Counted from the whole stretch's first letter, positions 1 through 14,852 are shown. The stretch is 63,888 nt of DNA, filler included, from Stramenopiles sp. TOSAG23-6 (GCA_900128565.1; 4 parts of 4 records of this genome joined end to end with filler, not necessarily neighbours in it), one strand, 5' to 3'. Program-made: numbers and translations. Notes: generated by a model not told the origin, from the letters alone.

Positions 1-88
1 ATTTTGGAAAAATATTTCAAAAAAAAATTGTTAGGTACAAAATTTCGTACGAAAAATAAATTGAAATTTGAAAAAAAATAAAACATAT
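1..88 (-). mobile_element. Introner-like intron, 3'-truncated by window edge; begins ATATGT instead of GTATGT
   Basis: Minus strand reads aat aat|ATATGTTTTATTTT...TTTCGTACGAAATTTTGTACCTAAC...GAAATATTTTTCCAAAAT. Confidence 0.75.
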
Positions 89-931
89 ATTATTCTCATC
101 GTCATTATGAAGGCCAGTTCTACGACTAGAGAGAACATTTTTGCTACTGCCTCGACCCATCCATAGAAACAAACTTGAAAAATATCCAGCGTTACTACAT
201 ATAAATGAAAAAACGTATGAGAAATAGGCTAGAGAAGGGTCAAGAATGGACAATGCATTATTAGTACTCATATCAATTGTACAACCAAACAAATTTGGAA
301 ATAATGATTTTTTGCTTGAATGTAACGCCTGGAATAAATTTGGAAACATAGTTTCATCGGGACAAGCCATGTAAGTTTTATCCTTTATTTTGGATGCAGT
401 CGGTATTGATGACAAACACTTGGCATGATGTATATGTAGATGTTTTTCAACACTTTTACATTTACAATTGCAGGACCAAACCGAAGGCCATTCTTTACGA
501 ATATCCCACTGTTTGAGATAACCTCTAGATATATTCCTATCTCCATCAGGGCATTTCTTCAGTGGTATTTGTATTTGTTTTGAAAATCTATGCAAAGAAG
601 TAATACACTTGATAGTATCACCTGAAGTTTCTTCAACACCAAATGAAATGGTACAGTCAATGTTTTTCTTCCGGCCAAGTTTTTCAAAGAAACTCGGGGT
701 ACATATTCTACAAACATTCCAATGTAATGCTTCACCACGCAAGCAAATTGGCTTTCCTATAGCAAGATGCCTGTGAAATTCTTCAATACTATTTTCATTC
801 GGCCTAACCTCAGCGACGCCATCAAAAGGAAAAGAAACTATAGAATATGAACGGTATTTCTTAATAAAAGCAAGAACTATCAGAAAAATGTAAAATAGAA
901 TTACACCCACTACAAAGTATACACTAAACAT
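89..931 (-). CDS. JmjC/cupin-like domain protein with N-terminal hydrophobic anchor (first exon; rest outside window)
   Basis: GKPICLRG..W, YLKQ, LWMG and RTGLHNDDENN (HxD) motifs are typical of JmjC/cupin_8 hydroxylases. The frame runs into an intron-like element at 88. Confidence 0.7.
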
Positions 932-1215
932 GTACTCTATACAATGGCAGATGCCAATGCAAGGTCTACCATTAACCTAGTGAATGGTGAATATTCAATT
1001 ATTGTTGTGGTACCTGTAATTGAATGTTCTATTTTGGTTCAGTTCACAGCTGACTAAGAGAAATTTTGACTCTGCGCAAACCTGCTATTGGTGAAAAAAA
1101 ATACTTTTGAAGTTTGAACTGAACAGTTTTTTTTTCTCCGCGCATGCTCATAGTATTATGAACCTAATACACAAAAACAAAACGAAGACGAAACTATTTG
1201 CAACTATTTTTCAAA

Positions 1216-1980
1216 ATGAATTACTCATGCATTATACTGCTATTATTGGTGACAATGATAAAAGAAAGTAAAGGAGCATCATCAATTAACAAAACGGAAG
1301 AAGACGTACTAAGCCTAGGATTAGACACCACTTCCTATTTACCTAACAAAGAATTAGGTCGTTTATCTGTTGCTTCAACTACGTTGAAAGTGGCAAGTCA
1401 AGTTGAATTTGGCATGCGCGCACTTCGTATAAGTAAAATTGTGAGAGAACAGATGAAATCACTAAATCTAATTGAAATCTCTATTCCTTTGGCTAAAGTA
1501 GATAAAGAGTCCTCAGGGCAATGGCTATGCCGTGTAGAAGGTATTCACCGTAAGTTACGTAAAAGATTGGAAAGAAAGGCTTTAACTGTATTGTATAATA
1601 ATACAAATGGAGATGATTGGAATCATAGTACAAATTGGAACACATATGCAGATATTTGTTACTGGTTTGGAGTTACATGTGCTGAAGGAAGTGTCACTAG
1701 ATTGAAGTTGTTTGGCAACAATCTATCTGGTACAATTCCAAGTGAAATTGGTCAACTAAAAAAGCTCCAAAATTTGTTCTTGAATGGTAACAAACTAACT
1801 GGTTCAATTCCTAAAGAAATTGGTCAACTAACAAAACTCGAACACTTGTATTTGGATCACAACGAACTGTCTGGTTCAATTCCAATGGAAATTGGTCAAC
1901 TAACAAATCTCACAGGATGGTGGTTTCATGGGAACCAACTATCTGGTCCAATACCAAAAGAAATTGGCCAACTATCATAA
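1216..1980 (+). CDS. Secreted leucine-rich-repeat protein (LRRNT cap plus ~4 plant-type 24-aa LRRs)
   Basis: Signal-peptide-like N-terminus, cap ALTVLY..TNG..W....NW....CYWFGVTC, and repeats L.L..N.LSG.IP.EIGQL. Confidence 0.85.
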   Translation: MNYSCIILLLLVTMIKESKGASSINKTEEDVLSLGLDTTSYLPNKELGRLSVASTTLKVASQVEFGMRALRISKIVREQMKSLNLIEISIPLAKVDKESSGQWLCRVEGIHRKLRKRLERKALTVLYNNTNGDDWNHSTNWNTYADICYWFGVTCAEGSVTRLKLFGNNLSGTIPSEIGQLKKLQNLFLNGNKLTGSIPKEIGQLTKLEHLYLDHNELSGSIPMEIGQLTNLTGWWFHGNQLSGPIPKEIGQLS

Positions 1981-2131
1981 ATCAATTTTTTTTATATTTA
2001 AATGGCCTTTTTATTATATCAATACTTATAATAAACCGTTAATTATATATATTCTACGTCTATTTGTTTCAGTAAAATAGTTGTATCCCGTCGTGTAAAT
2101 AGTAGTGAAATAAATCAATCACGAATGAGAA

Positions 2132-5100
2132 TTAGGCACCATGCCCCATATCACCATTATTAGCAGCCATTAATGATGCAATTCGTCGTTGGTACTCTTG
2201 TCTGCACGGCCATCCATCACATTCTTCTTGCTGTTCCCGATATCGCTGAATAGTTTTTTGCCTATCAAATGGTCCTAATGGTACTCTACGATGTTCTGGA
2301 GTATCTGGGCCACTTCCCCATGGATGAGTAATATCATTAAATAGCTCAACTGGAGTGAACCGGAAAATACCACCTCCCGGTGCGTCATATGGTCCACCTA
2401 TACAATTAGGTATACGATGTAGAGGACTATTTCCTAAAAACGAAGAACCGACATGTTTGTATGTACATGCTTTACCATTTGCTGCAGTTTCACATGAATT
2501 TTTATTCAAAATATTTTGATGAGATACTTCATCGCAAACATTTATGCATTGCTTATTTTTATAAACACAACCAGGACCAAATGAGTCGCAAACTTGTGGA
2601 GTCGCAAGGGCATCTATCCAAATGTTTAATTCCCATTTACGAATTGTCCAAATTGCTGGTGAATATTTTCTATTTGCAGTGGTGCATTCAGCTTCTGTAC
2701 TAATTTTCTTTTTTAAAATCGTATCAAATGTAATACTGCACGATGAATGACATTCATCCATTGATAGATCCGATTTTTTTCTTTTCAAGTGACCATCTTC
2801 TTTCGTCATAATATAACAAACACCACCTAAACATTTATCTTTCAGTGTTATTGCTGTGTTTGAACAATGCGAAGCTTTTGATGCATCTTTGCATACCACA
2901 ATATGATCATCCTTCTGTACACATGCACTTGGCAAATAAAAACCAACGCAATCGTCGGCCCAGTACAGAGATTTAATACGGAACCACTGTCCAGAATCAA
3001 TTCGTTCTAACACCCATACAGCTTGTTTATTTTCAAGCAAAGCCGATCTGGCACCTTTTTCTGTAGTAGCTTCGAACCCACAGAAAGTGATACCATTGCC
3101 CCAATGTTTTCTTTCAGGAATTATTTGATTTTCTTCCGTTGGTGAAGAGAGACAGAGAAAATCTCCTGGTTGTCCATCTGTATTTGTCGTACGTGCTTCT
3201 AGTATGTATAAATTATCCTTTAACCACTTAACTTGCCAGAGATTCATATCTGTAGTTTCACTTTTTTTGTAATGACTACATTTTTTCAATATTGGACTTT
3301 TCTGGTTATCGGTGCTATCATTGTATACTACGCACATTGGTGGTTGCTCATTACGATAGAGATTTCGCTCATTCGATGTCATGTCGTTTGTTGAGAATAA
3401 TCCTCCACGCGCAATAGCACTTTTTTGTTTAAGAAAATCTTCAATCATGGGTGTATGTGCAGTCCATTCTATGGTATATAATCCATCTTTGAGCTTTCGA
3501 GAGACAGCTGCCCGCGATGAAGTAAAATGAATTCCAAAGGACATTTCTTGACAAGCTGATGTCTTCATGGTAATATCAATTTGATTTTCTGTTGGATCCG
3601 CGCCTGAACAATTTGTTTCATCTATTGAGCAAAAAGGTGTTGTTTCTGTTGAATTTATGGACTGGGATGTAATCGGGGTTGAAATAATATTAGGTGTAAA
3701 CTTGAAAATATCTTTCTCTGCAAAGCGTTCTAGAGTGGTCTTCTGTAAATTATGATCAACTTCATCAAAACGCCATGACCACCAACGACTTCGTCGCCTC
3801 TTTCTTCGCCTTCTTGCTGCTGCTGCTGCTCGCGCTGCGATAATCTTTGCTAATGCTGCTTTTTTTCTAGCAGCTGCTTCTGCCGCTTTACGCCGAATAT
3901 TGGCACGCTTGCGTTCTTCCTCTGCTTCCTTTGCTCTTTGTTTAACAATAAGAGCTAACCGTTCCCTCTCAGTCACCTCTCGAGCCTGTCTATTCTTCAC
4001 AGCAATGTCTGTCGCACTTAATTCCGTTATTCCATATTCTTCAATTAATTTAACAAAGTCTGAAAATGTGCGAGATCGGCATGTCATAAATCCATTTGTT
4101 TCAGATTTCTGAATAAATATTATGTCATCCTCTTGGATCGCATCTCCTTTGTTACGACCTTGGGCGTATAGCTGAAACCTTTCACCTGTACATTTATCTG
4201 CCAGTTTATTGAGATCTTTCCCACTTGGATGCTCTCCAGGACATTGCCCATTGATTTGGCAGATCGTACCATCACAGTTTAGCCATTGGTTTGTCATTTT
4301 GGATAAAAGATATACAAAATCACCAACTCGAACAACTTCTCCTATGTCCTTTCCTGAGACATACACCTTTAAGTTTTCTGCAGGACATGCATCGCTTTCA
4401 AATGTTGCAAATGCTTCTTTGGGGGCATATTTCGGTATTCCACTATATCCACCAACCCCTTTCGTCTTTTTTGCGGAGTCGATATTTTCTTGGGCAGTTG
4501 ATGCTACTGCAAACACTTCCTTTGATGCAAGGCCACTTGGCGGTGTATAAATATTCCTAGCTGCGCGGCTATGCAAAAATGAGGTTGGGCATTGTCCCCA
4601 TGCATTACAAAGGGTCGTCTTATCTCCATTTGGACCTCTTTTGTCTCCGACACAAGATAGCCATGATGTATCATTATTTAATATTGGGTAATTTTGTAAC
4701 ACACTCCCATCAAAAGTTGTATTTCTTGCAGTTGCCAAGTTACGCAACCAAATTGAATCGCCAACATTTAGTAATTTCGGAATTGGTCTACCGTAGAACT
4801 GTAACTCTGATATGCCAGGGAATGTATCCTCGTCGGTAATGAATGGGAAGTTAAATGAGATTTTGACGAATGTAGAATTAACTTTTGGAATACAGTAAAA
4901 TTTACCAGGGTCATCCAATATCGGAAAATCCATAGTAATATTAGCCAATGGATCGGAAAATTCGAGAGATATTGAAATGTTGTGCTTATTTTCGTGGAGA
5001 ACTGCTTCTTGAAAGCAAGTTTTCTGCATAATTCTCCAATGTGGTTCCACTTCTGAATTTACACGTGGAAATAGTTTGTTCATATCACTAACTACTTCTT

Positions 5101-8100
5101 CTTTAATAATTACACCAATACGCATTCCTATATAATGTTCATATGAAATTGGTTCAATCCTGATATATCTAGCTCGCGTTGCTGCGATTGGATTGATTTT
5201 TTTCGTATTGTAATCATTATTTGCCTGATACACTATATTTGGATCCATTTCATATGTTGCACCCAAGTCCGTAATGGTATTGTTTGGTGACAATATTTCC
5301 CCACCATTTAATATATAATATTTCTCTTTATCGGTTAAACTTGTGTCTATGGCAGTATTTTTAAGATCTTCAAGAGAAGAAGAAAGAGACCAAGAAGGAC
5401 CTAGTGGGGATGGAATACCCCACCTTGACCGAGACCGTCTACTTCTTCGCGTGTGTAAAATTTGAGCTTTACTTTTATCATTCAATGACATAAATCTAAA
5501 TGGTGTAACTTTACCTTTGCTTGTTGTTACATGGTTATTATGAAACCGCGTCATCAAATCTCTCCACATTTCGGATCTATTGGGCGGTAGAATTTGTTCC
5601 CATTTTGTATTATCATTACTCGATGAAGCTCTGTATGATTTTACCCATGCTTTAACCCCATCGATTAATATACCTTGTGTAATGATACCAATAGTATTTT
5701 GTATTTTACCAAGATCAACGGACATCCAAGGACTCTGTTCATTTGATAATGGAATCCAACCACCGGGTGAGTCTAACATTGATTGTGATGATTGTTGGTT
5801 ATTTTTATTTACTGATGAATATGCACGCCGCTCTTCTTTAGGATTGTATGTTTTATTAACAAATTTATGACCACAAGCTGAATCTCCGACAAAATAACAT
5901 GCATTTTTATTCCATTTAATTCCCCAATTACATTTTCCTTTCGTATCCGTGATACAAGCTCTCTGACAGTCTTTCAGGCTCAAATTCGATGTGGAATAGT
6001 CATAATTTCCGCAATGACCTAGCTGTCTTTTCTTGAGATCAACACATGCTCTTTTTGTATAATCTTTGATAGGTTCATCACTAAATCCTGTCCATTTTGG
6101 ATTTCTATATAATCGAAAACGTGACAGTTCAATTGGAGTCCAAAATGTTGCTTCGATATATGTGTTATTTTTGTGTAATTGAGGTTCCCACCAAGTATTT
6201 ATACTACCATCAAATGCCGTTGAACATTTATGATTTTTAGTACTTGACATTGTTGATGTGCAAGAAGCAACTAAACTCAATCCCAATCCTCCATCTTTTG
6301 TATTTCTCTTTGATGAATGAATCTCAAAACCCTGTGCTACACAAGACCTGTCGTTTTTTTTAGCATTTGTAGGGTTACCATCACAGTCACCACTGGCCGC
6401 ACAAATACTGTCATCTAGACAATTAATCCATTTTTTATAAAAAGTATTTTGGAACCACACAGTATCCCCTGCACTTATTGTTGACAAAGCATCGCTGATA
6501 TCATCTTTATTAGCTTTAGCGTAAATTTTAAATGCAGACCCAGTACAAACAGTTTCCTTTGTAAGTAAATTACTCCCTTCAAATTCTTCTTCTGCAGCAA
6601 GAATATCCTCAGCTGGACACCTTGACATACTATTGCAAGCCGTAGCATCACAAGATAGCCAAAATGTCCCATTGCCACTTTGGTTATATAGCCATACAGT
6701 GTCGCCGACTGATAGTAATTCTCCTTCACTCTTACTGGATACATATATTTTGAAGGCCTCGTTGCCGCATTTACCTTCCCTGTCTAAAAATGCTGTTGAT
6801 CGATCAGTAGTATTAGAGGGCAGAGGTTGCATATGTACCGGTGGTTTTGGTGGGGGTGCTCCTTCAAGTTTTTTCAGAGTGTCCATTCGATTGATTAGAA
6901 TTACATCTTTGGATCTAGTCATGTCATCAAAAAAAGCACAGTGATCTTTAAACAGGCAATTTGATTTACTTGGATTTTTTACTTTCTTACACTTTTGTTT
7001 TATTGGGACGCATTTGTTCTCTCCACCAATTGGGCCATCTATTAATGTACAATGATCCTCTTCAAGACAATTTGTTGGTAACGGATTGCTTACCTTTGCA
7101 CACTCTTGAAATGCGGCTTTACATTCCCCTGAAGTTGTATTATTAGCAGCCAATTGGAAACGAAATGTGTCTTTCAGAATAGGGTCCTTCTCAAAACAAA
7201 CAAGTTCCCCCTTTTCGTATAATTTATTTGTCTCAGGATTTATCAAGTAGTCCAAAATTTCTTTTCCTCGACATGCTCGCTCTATTCGTTTCTTCTCAAT
7301 TTCCTCTTGGAGAACCCAATCTATAACTTGAGGTGGTGGCTTCCGAAGTACAGGTTTTGGATTATCCCATGGAGGAAGCCCTGGAAAGTAAAAAGCACGA
7401 TCTGCACATTTCCCACCTCCGTTACAAGGCGCAGCTGTTGGATTATCTTCGACTTTTCCATTACTACTGACGCTCGGTAACTCAGGTGTACATTGTAAAA
7501 AACTACTGTGTGATGAAGATTTAGGTATTATTCTAAGCCAGATAGTATCACCTACTCGAAGTCTGTTACCACGTGTATCGCATTGACCAGGTAAAGTTTG
7601 ATTGTAATGAACTTCCTTCTCTCCAGGAATATCTCGAGGAATTCTCGTGCTACTTACACTCGCTGTCTTATTCTTTGTAGAATGCCAATTACACCCAGGC
7701 ATTAAAGAACAATCGTATGGCTCTAATATTGACGAACATGCCAACTGTTCGCATTTATTTTTCTTTACAGTACAGCCTAATATATTTCTACACTTTTCCT
7801 TTGCAATACTATTGATTTGTGAATTTTTAGAGCTTTGTAGAAGTTCTGAAACAAAAGAGGAGCCGCAATTAGATTGTGTTTTGTCACCGTCACAGTAGCT
7901 CTCAATTGGGGGAGATAAAATACTTTCACCATTACCGTAAAAATATACATCTGTTATTCCTTGAAATGTATCGTAGTTTTTTAACTGTTCTATATACATT
8001 CGAACGCCAAGTGTTACTACTTTATGCGATAAGCAGAGAAAATCTCCATCACTATGTCCATCGACTACGATGCGCTGCTCTTTATCGGTAGGTTTGCTGA

Positions 8101-11100
8101 ACTTGAGCCGTAAATTCATAGAACCGTCTTTAGGCAGAGGGTTGCGGAGAGAAATTCTTAAGCGAGATACTTCTGAAACTTGTTCAAAGTTAGTTTGAAT
8201 CCAGGAACCTTCAGGATGGCCATATGGATCCCACCATGTCGAAATATTATGATCAAATGCACGATGGCAGTCATTCAATAACATTCTAACTCCTACGGTC
8301 TTTCCCATTATAACATTGAGTACTTTTACTGTAATCGGGCCAACTAATTTTGAGTTTGAATAAATTCCATCTAAAATTGTTTTTATAGCTTTTTTAATGG
8401 CATACTTTTCACACCCTTTATTCTTCATTGCAAGCGCAATTGCAAGCGCAGACGTTTCTCCCAAGTATGCCTTAACTTCACTCTTCGGGATACCAAAGTC
8501 AACGTGAATTACGTCACTTCTTGTCAAGTCATAAATTGATTTAGCTACCGCAACCATACCGTATGATGCTCGTATAATATTCTTGTTGGTTGCTGTAAAT
8601 TCTTCATATGTCAACTTTTCTGCTTCTTTTGGACTGGGACCAACTGTTGAAGTTGCGTCTTTCCACAATGGATTAGGATTAATTTTAAAAGGCTTTTTTA
8701 CGTGATATTTTTTAACCATTTGTTCAGCGAAAGATTTCGCGGTCAACTTCCATGCCGCATTCCAACCGTCCTCCAAAATTCGACCCTCTCGCATTTTCAC
8801 CTTTTGGCCATGTAAATATTTCAGCATATCAACTGCTTTATGCTTCTGTTGTTCTGCTTGTCTGACTGCATTTAATGCTACGGAATTTTGTCCATTTGTT
8901 GGTTTACTATCTTGGCTAATGGTTGTGTGATCGCTACTGCTGAGCGATAACCCTCCAGCATTTAAAAGTCGAAGAAATGTTGTGATTGTTTCTTTGCGTT
9001 CTTGATCAGGCAAACCAATACTGTTGACTTTTCCCCATAATGTTTCATTTAATCCTAGAACGGCACCTTTTGCACCATGCAACTCGACAGTAGATTGGCA
9101 GCCTTTTTTTCTCAATCCTCCAGTAGGACCAACCACAGATACAACTTCTTCCACAATACGGTCTAATATTCCTCCCATTCGACGATCAAATTTGTCAAAG
9201 TCTGACAGTTTATTAACGTTTGGGAGTTTTGATAATTGACTAGACAGAATATTCGAAGTTGTTTCAGCAACTTTGTTGCATGAATTCACTGTATTCAAAT
9301 GACCTTTACTCCTTACACGATCCAGTGCATAGCTTGCCATCCAAGAACTCTTCATATGAAAACCAGATGCTTCGTTGAAAGCATCAACGATAGGAGTCTC
9401 ATATCCATCATTCATAGCTCTACTGATCGGTATTGATGCAGCTTTTGAAGCCCCTAAATTTATCTCGCTATAATCCAACCCAACACTACTCAATAAGAGA
9501 CGCAATGTGTCAGATATTTTAATTATAGAGGAATTTTGTTTCACCATTGCTTCAGCCAGCGATTTTGCTGCTTCGTAACTTGTCTGGCGTAATATGCCAT
9601 GTATATATCGATGCATTTGCTCTTGCTGATCTGCTGATGTAGTAGAAGTAGTATTATGTATTGAAACTACACGTTGAATACTGTTTGAGAGTGCAATTGC
9701 CGCATCATTCGGCTGAGAAACCATTTTCATTGCATATGAACCGAGTGATCCAAAAACAGCCCTCAATGTTATTTCTAAGCCAACTTCGGAACTCCAGTTA
9801 CCTTGATGAATCATAGCCATGCCAATATTTACAAATTTATTTGCTGCTTCATAAAGTCTATTAGAAGCTGAAGAAACCCCGAGGCGAGTTGGCGAACTTT
9901 TGACTAGTTTTTCTGCACGGCGTTTCATCACTGCCCGTAATGTAATATTCATTGATATACNTTGACGGATTTCATTTGGAACTCTAAATTCCGCGGCCCT
10001 TCTTTCTACTTGCCTATATACACTCATGAGATCGATTTGCGAAGTACTTGTTGCAAATCCCCAAAGATTATTCAATGCCATCTTCATCCTATAATCTGTG
10101 TAACCTGATGAAAATGCTTGGTATGACAGTTTGCGAGCTGCTTTATCACTACATCCTTTCAAAAGATTTTTAAACATCACTTTGGTTGATATAATAAGTA
10201 AGTGAAACTTCCAGAGTTTGTTTCCATTCTCATCTATAGCTGGAAAGGATTTTGGTTTCAGCGGATGCCTAAATAATTGTTCAAAGGAGAGAAGTTTTGC
10301 AGCCTCCATTGCAAGTTTTGGTAAAAAGGTATCTGGTGATATACCGGCAATTTGAGATTCTATGACAGCAACTTGCCTTACTGTATTTGCGAGGTTTGAT
10401 CCAGCAGAACGAGCAGCCCATATACGCGTGTCACTAATATTTAATAATGGCGGTGGTACGAATTCTGGCACAGTTCCATTGTTTTCAATTGCTTTTTCCG
10501 TTGCGGTTTTGTTGCCTAATTGGTAATTAGTTTTTGCAGTGATCATTGTGATAAAGTTTTCGCTCATTTGGCGGGCTAAAGCATCGAAAGAACCAAGATC
10601 TATTGCATATCTGACAGAATTTTGTATGGCTGCAACTGATGCCACATAAGCAGTACTATTACGACTCATTCCTGCGGTAAGCAACTTCTTACGAGTAATA
10701 TCTGCCACCCGTTGGATATCGATTGGCATCTTTGGAGGTGCTGGTGGAGGTTCTGGGAAACAAGTCTTTCTTCGAACAGCCCAGCTGCCACTAGGCGGAA
10801 ATGCATCATCAATACTTGTGGCATCTTTCCCAATGAGACAATCGACGCGTTTTACAAATATGCATGTCTTGGTTCTTGTATCGAACTCAATTCCCCAAGG
10901 GCAAAGCTTCTCATATAGTAAACATGCTCGTTGACAGTACGCAATATCTCCATTCATTCGGAAGTTGCCGGCACCATTTCTACTATATTCTATCTTTTTG
11001 AAACCAATTCCTGTAACACATTTATCACTCAGCGCATGTGAAATATACCAGTAGTCACATCGTTTTTTTTTAACGTCATTATTTATTCGGCATAATTGAG

Positions 11101-14100
11101 TACAGTATTCGATCTTATCTACAAATGACATGCTAGTAGGATTTTCAATTTTTGTCGTGGTTTCTTTTATGCCCACTATTTTTGTGTTTCGACTTCGCCA
11201 TACAATCTTGCTACCAGAGAGACCCAATAAGGGCCACTTGAATCCCTTTTCCTGCTTACCAGGTTTAAACTTGTTGAAAATATTAGAATCGGAACCAATT
11301 ATCCCACAGCCATGTTCATTGCGTGGGCTTCTATGATAATACTCAATACAACCTTTCTTAGGGCTCGGTGGATCATCGATGCCTTGCAGAGGCCGTATTA
11401 TTGGAAGGTCTTCCGTGGAATATGTTTCACATTCTTGCGTTGTTTTTAACTTTTCATCGCCACCATCGTGAAATGCACGATCGGTTGCCTCGATTTGGAA
11501 GCTATAACCAGAACACACCTTTTCCTTTTCTTGAAGTAATGTTGGAGACGTAATTCCAGCCGGACATCTTCCATCCATACCACATGTTTCGTCACAATGA
11601 AACCACATTCCCGACTTTTTATTCTGAAACCACACTTTATCAAGAACCTTCAAAGGCGTACCAACATTTTTTAAAGTAGAAAATAAAGTAAAAGCAGAAT
11701 CAATACAGTCTTCTTCCTTTGATGTCATATTTAGACTGCTCATTGTATAGTTTCCGGGGCAATATGTCTTGGGTGAACACCAATCTCCTAAACATTTCAT
11801 AAACATTTTTGATTTTCTTCCCGCCAACCAAATTGTATCACCGACGTGAACACGTTCACCAATATCTCGACCGGACGCAAATAATTTAAATGCACTATCA
11901 CCACAGGGTTTTTCCATTCTTGAATATTCACTTGAGTCAATATTCATCATTTTCATGTGCGAAGTTGCATTAGTGACGAGAAGTTGATATTTGAAAAGTT
12001 TTTGATTCTGAAATTCCTCCGTATTTTGATCTTCATTATTTTTTGGAGTATCAAGTGCAAAAAAAGCAACCTTTTTACTCCAGCGACTGAACTTTTTTGA
12101 ATCGGAATTAAATTGCCCCGACAAGAGACTGTTTTCCCCACAAAATCCAGGAAATCCAATATCACGCCAATAACTCGACCAGCAAGCGCGCCATCGTTTG
12201 TCTTTAATTCCTTCAACTGCTGCATTGTAATCATTATAGAGTTCAAAATCTTTATTGAGTGTTTCACGTTTTAAATTCCACGTTTTGGTAAAATCTTTAT
12301 ATGGCTGATACTTTTTTGGATCTTTCAATCTCTTATAATATATCTTTTGATGTGACGCAGCGCAGTTATCACATAACCGCAAAATGATAAAATTAAAACT
12401 GTTTTGATACATTTGATTGAACGCATTTGCTTTATACGTTTCCGACTTTCCTGTGAAAGTTTGGCTGTAAGATTGATGACCCAAGTTGAGCATGAGTTTC
12501 CATTCACATGATTTACCACTGAAACCATCAATACATTTACATTTGCCTGTAGTCTTCTTACAAGTTCCTCGCGAGCCGCAATCTACACCATAGCACAAAT
12601 CTAGAGGCTTCATTAATTTTGGAGGTAAATGAGGAAATGGTTCAGATTGCGTTGGTGGTTTGATCGAGTACTTGTAGAGCCAGCTGCGTTTTGGATATGA
12701 CAACGGAGGGAATCCTTCCGGAGCAGCATATCCTAGGGGTGGGTTAATGCTATCTCTTGCATACTTTGGTACAGGGGGCAATTCACCAATAGGTGCTGGA
12801 ACTTGTATATTTTTGAATCCTCTTGCCGAGCGTTCATATAGAGTGGCCCATGTAGGACAAGTTCCACCTGATCTACATTGACCTCCCTCGGAGCCCTTTG
12901 GGCAATGAACAAAACCATCATCACTTTTTCTGGCATGTAAAGGACGTAGCCATACAATGTCCCCGACTCGGATAAAGCCACCATCCGCAGAACATTTTTT
13001 CCCATCAGAAATAATCTGTGTATGTACAGTTTTAGCGGGACCAATATCAGAAGAAGGCTTGATTCTCAAACCAGAACCATTTCTATCACATACACATGCG
13101 GATTCATCAATATCACCACATACCATTTCAACTCCATTGTGATTATATTGAACAAACTGAACTCCACCATTTACACCAAAGTCTTGAAAAATGCACCCTG
13201 TCCGCTGACTCAATACACCACTTTTCGCAAAACCATCAGTTGAGTTCCTATAATCTCCAATATCTGCTTTCCAGCCTTCAAATCGTTTTGTCTCGACTAA
13301 CATTTTATGGAATTTGTGACACTGATGTATTGTGAAAAAATATTTTTTTTGGTTTACAAAAAATCGTTAGGTATGGAATTTCGTACAAAATAAATAAATT
13401 TTAAATTCAATTTTGAAAACGTACATAGTTTGACAATCTTTTCCATCCGGCTTTCTCACAATAATTTTCTGTAGTTAATATTGCTACATCAAAATTTGTA
13501 TTTCCAGATTCCGTTGATAATTCATCGACGTTTTGTTTCTGACTTATTTCATAATCAGGTTTTTCTATGCCATTGGTGTTCCAGCTTCCACCATTAGCAG
13601 TTGTGCTTAAATATATATGAGTTTTTACGGCTTCTGGAGGTTTCTTCTCAGTTGATAGCACCGAAGCAATGTCACGTTGTATATCAGCATCTTTATTAGG
13701 ACCATCTTTCCATAATGGTTGATCTTCATCTGTGCTAGATTGTATTTTATCAATATTTGAAGTAACAGTTACACTTTTGTCTCTTTGTTTTTTTTGTCTT
13801 TCTAAAGTTCTTGAATTGTTTTCTTTAAATCTTTCCACATCTACTAATTGTTTTTTTTCTTTAAATCTTTCCACATCTACTTCCTTGGATCGTCTTAAAT
13901 TTTTAAGACCTAGAGTGATTTGGGTTTCAATATCTTCATTATCAAGATTTTGTGATTGTTGTGCCACATTGAGTGATTTAATCATAGTCTCTATTTTAAT
14001 TCTCTCACAATCTCCCGGTGTCCCATCGAATCCAACACAATTGCTATCATAAATTTCATTTAACCCTCGATAATCCGTAGTATCAAGTGATATTTCACCG

Positions 14101-14852
14101 ATTGATGAAGATATATTTCTAATACCTTGTATACGTTCATCAATACAAGCAGATTGGCCATGGGCAGCATGCTTATGTAGCCATGAAGAATGACACGGCG
14201 CCTTTAAACCAAACGTTGGTCCTTTCTGATTACCAATGAGACATTGGTATATTGCACCACNCCAGCCACAAGACGTTTTTTCCACACATTTAATACAACT
14301 ATTTATAGACATACAATCATATGGAACTACTGTTTTATTCTTTAGCAGTGCATTTACAGTATCATTAAGTTTATTGTGTGTGTCATTTGCAGTTGTAATC
14401 AACGTAGTAAGATTCTTGAAAGGTGTGATGGTAGGTGACTTAAAAGGAATAACATTATCATTACAAGACCCTGTAGTTGAGTTACACAATATTCGCGGCA
14501 TTGTATGATTAGTAGCCGTCACATTTGGTCGAGGACTGTCATGAATGTGTCGGATCAGATTTTCTGATTCATTTAATAGTGTATCAATAGACGGCAATAC
14601 AAACTTCAACAGTGTGGTTGATTTTCTTTGGCCTCCCGCAGTGACGTTAACAGTTGGATCAAAGAATCCATCAAGTTGGTGTGGTACATCTCCGTCAGTG
14701 CCACAAGGATATAACCCTTTACCACACTGTAGTTTTTGTGTCCTTTTGGTATTCAATTGGGCTATATTTTGTTTGTTTTCATCAAGAGCTATCGCCTGCA
14801 GTTCACCAAAAACTGACAAACATAACATTACAATAAGGAAAATTAGACACAT
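2132..14852 (-). CDS. Giant (~4200 aa) secreted cysteine-rich mosaic protein (PSI-like, EGF, discoidin/F5-8C-like, repeated GDxxWL modules); exons 14852-13425 and 13324-2132
   Basis: The 481-aa and 3723-aa ORFs join in frame (RLSNY|QCHKFHKMLVETK) once 13325-13424 is removed. Signal peptide; CxxxxSCxxC...CGWC PSI-like motif; EGF CGSRGTC..TGKCKC..GFSGKSCE; F5/8C W..VDLG....GIITQG...WVKSY. Confidence 0.75.
13325..13424 (-). mobile_element. Introner-like intron GTACGT...CAATACAT (AT/AT repeat); an in-frame CAG acceptor 3 nt downstream is also possible
   Basis: Core GTACGAAATTCCATACCTAAC; removal fuses two ORFs in frame. Confidence 0.8.
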
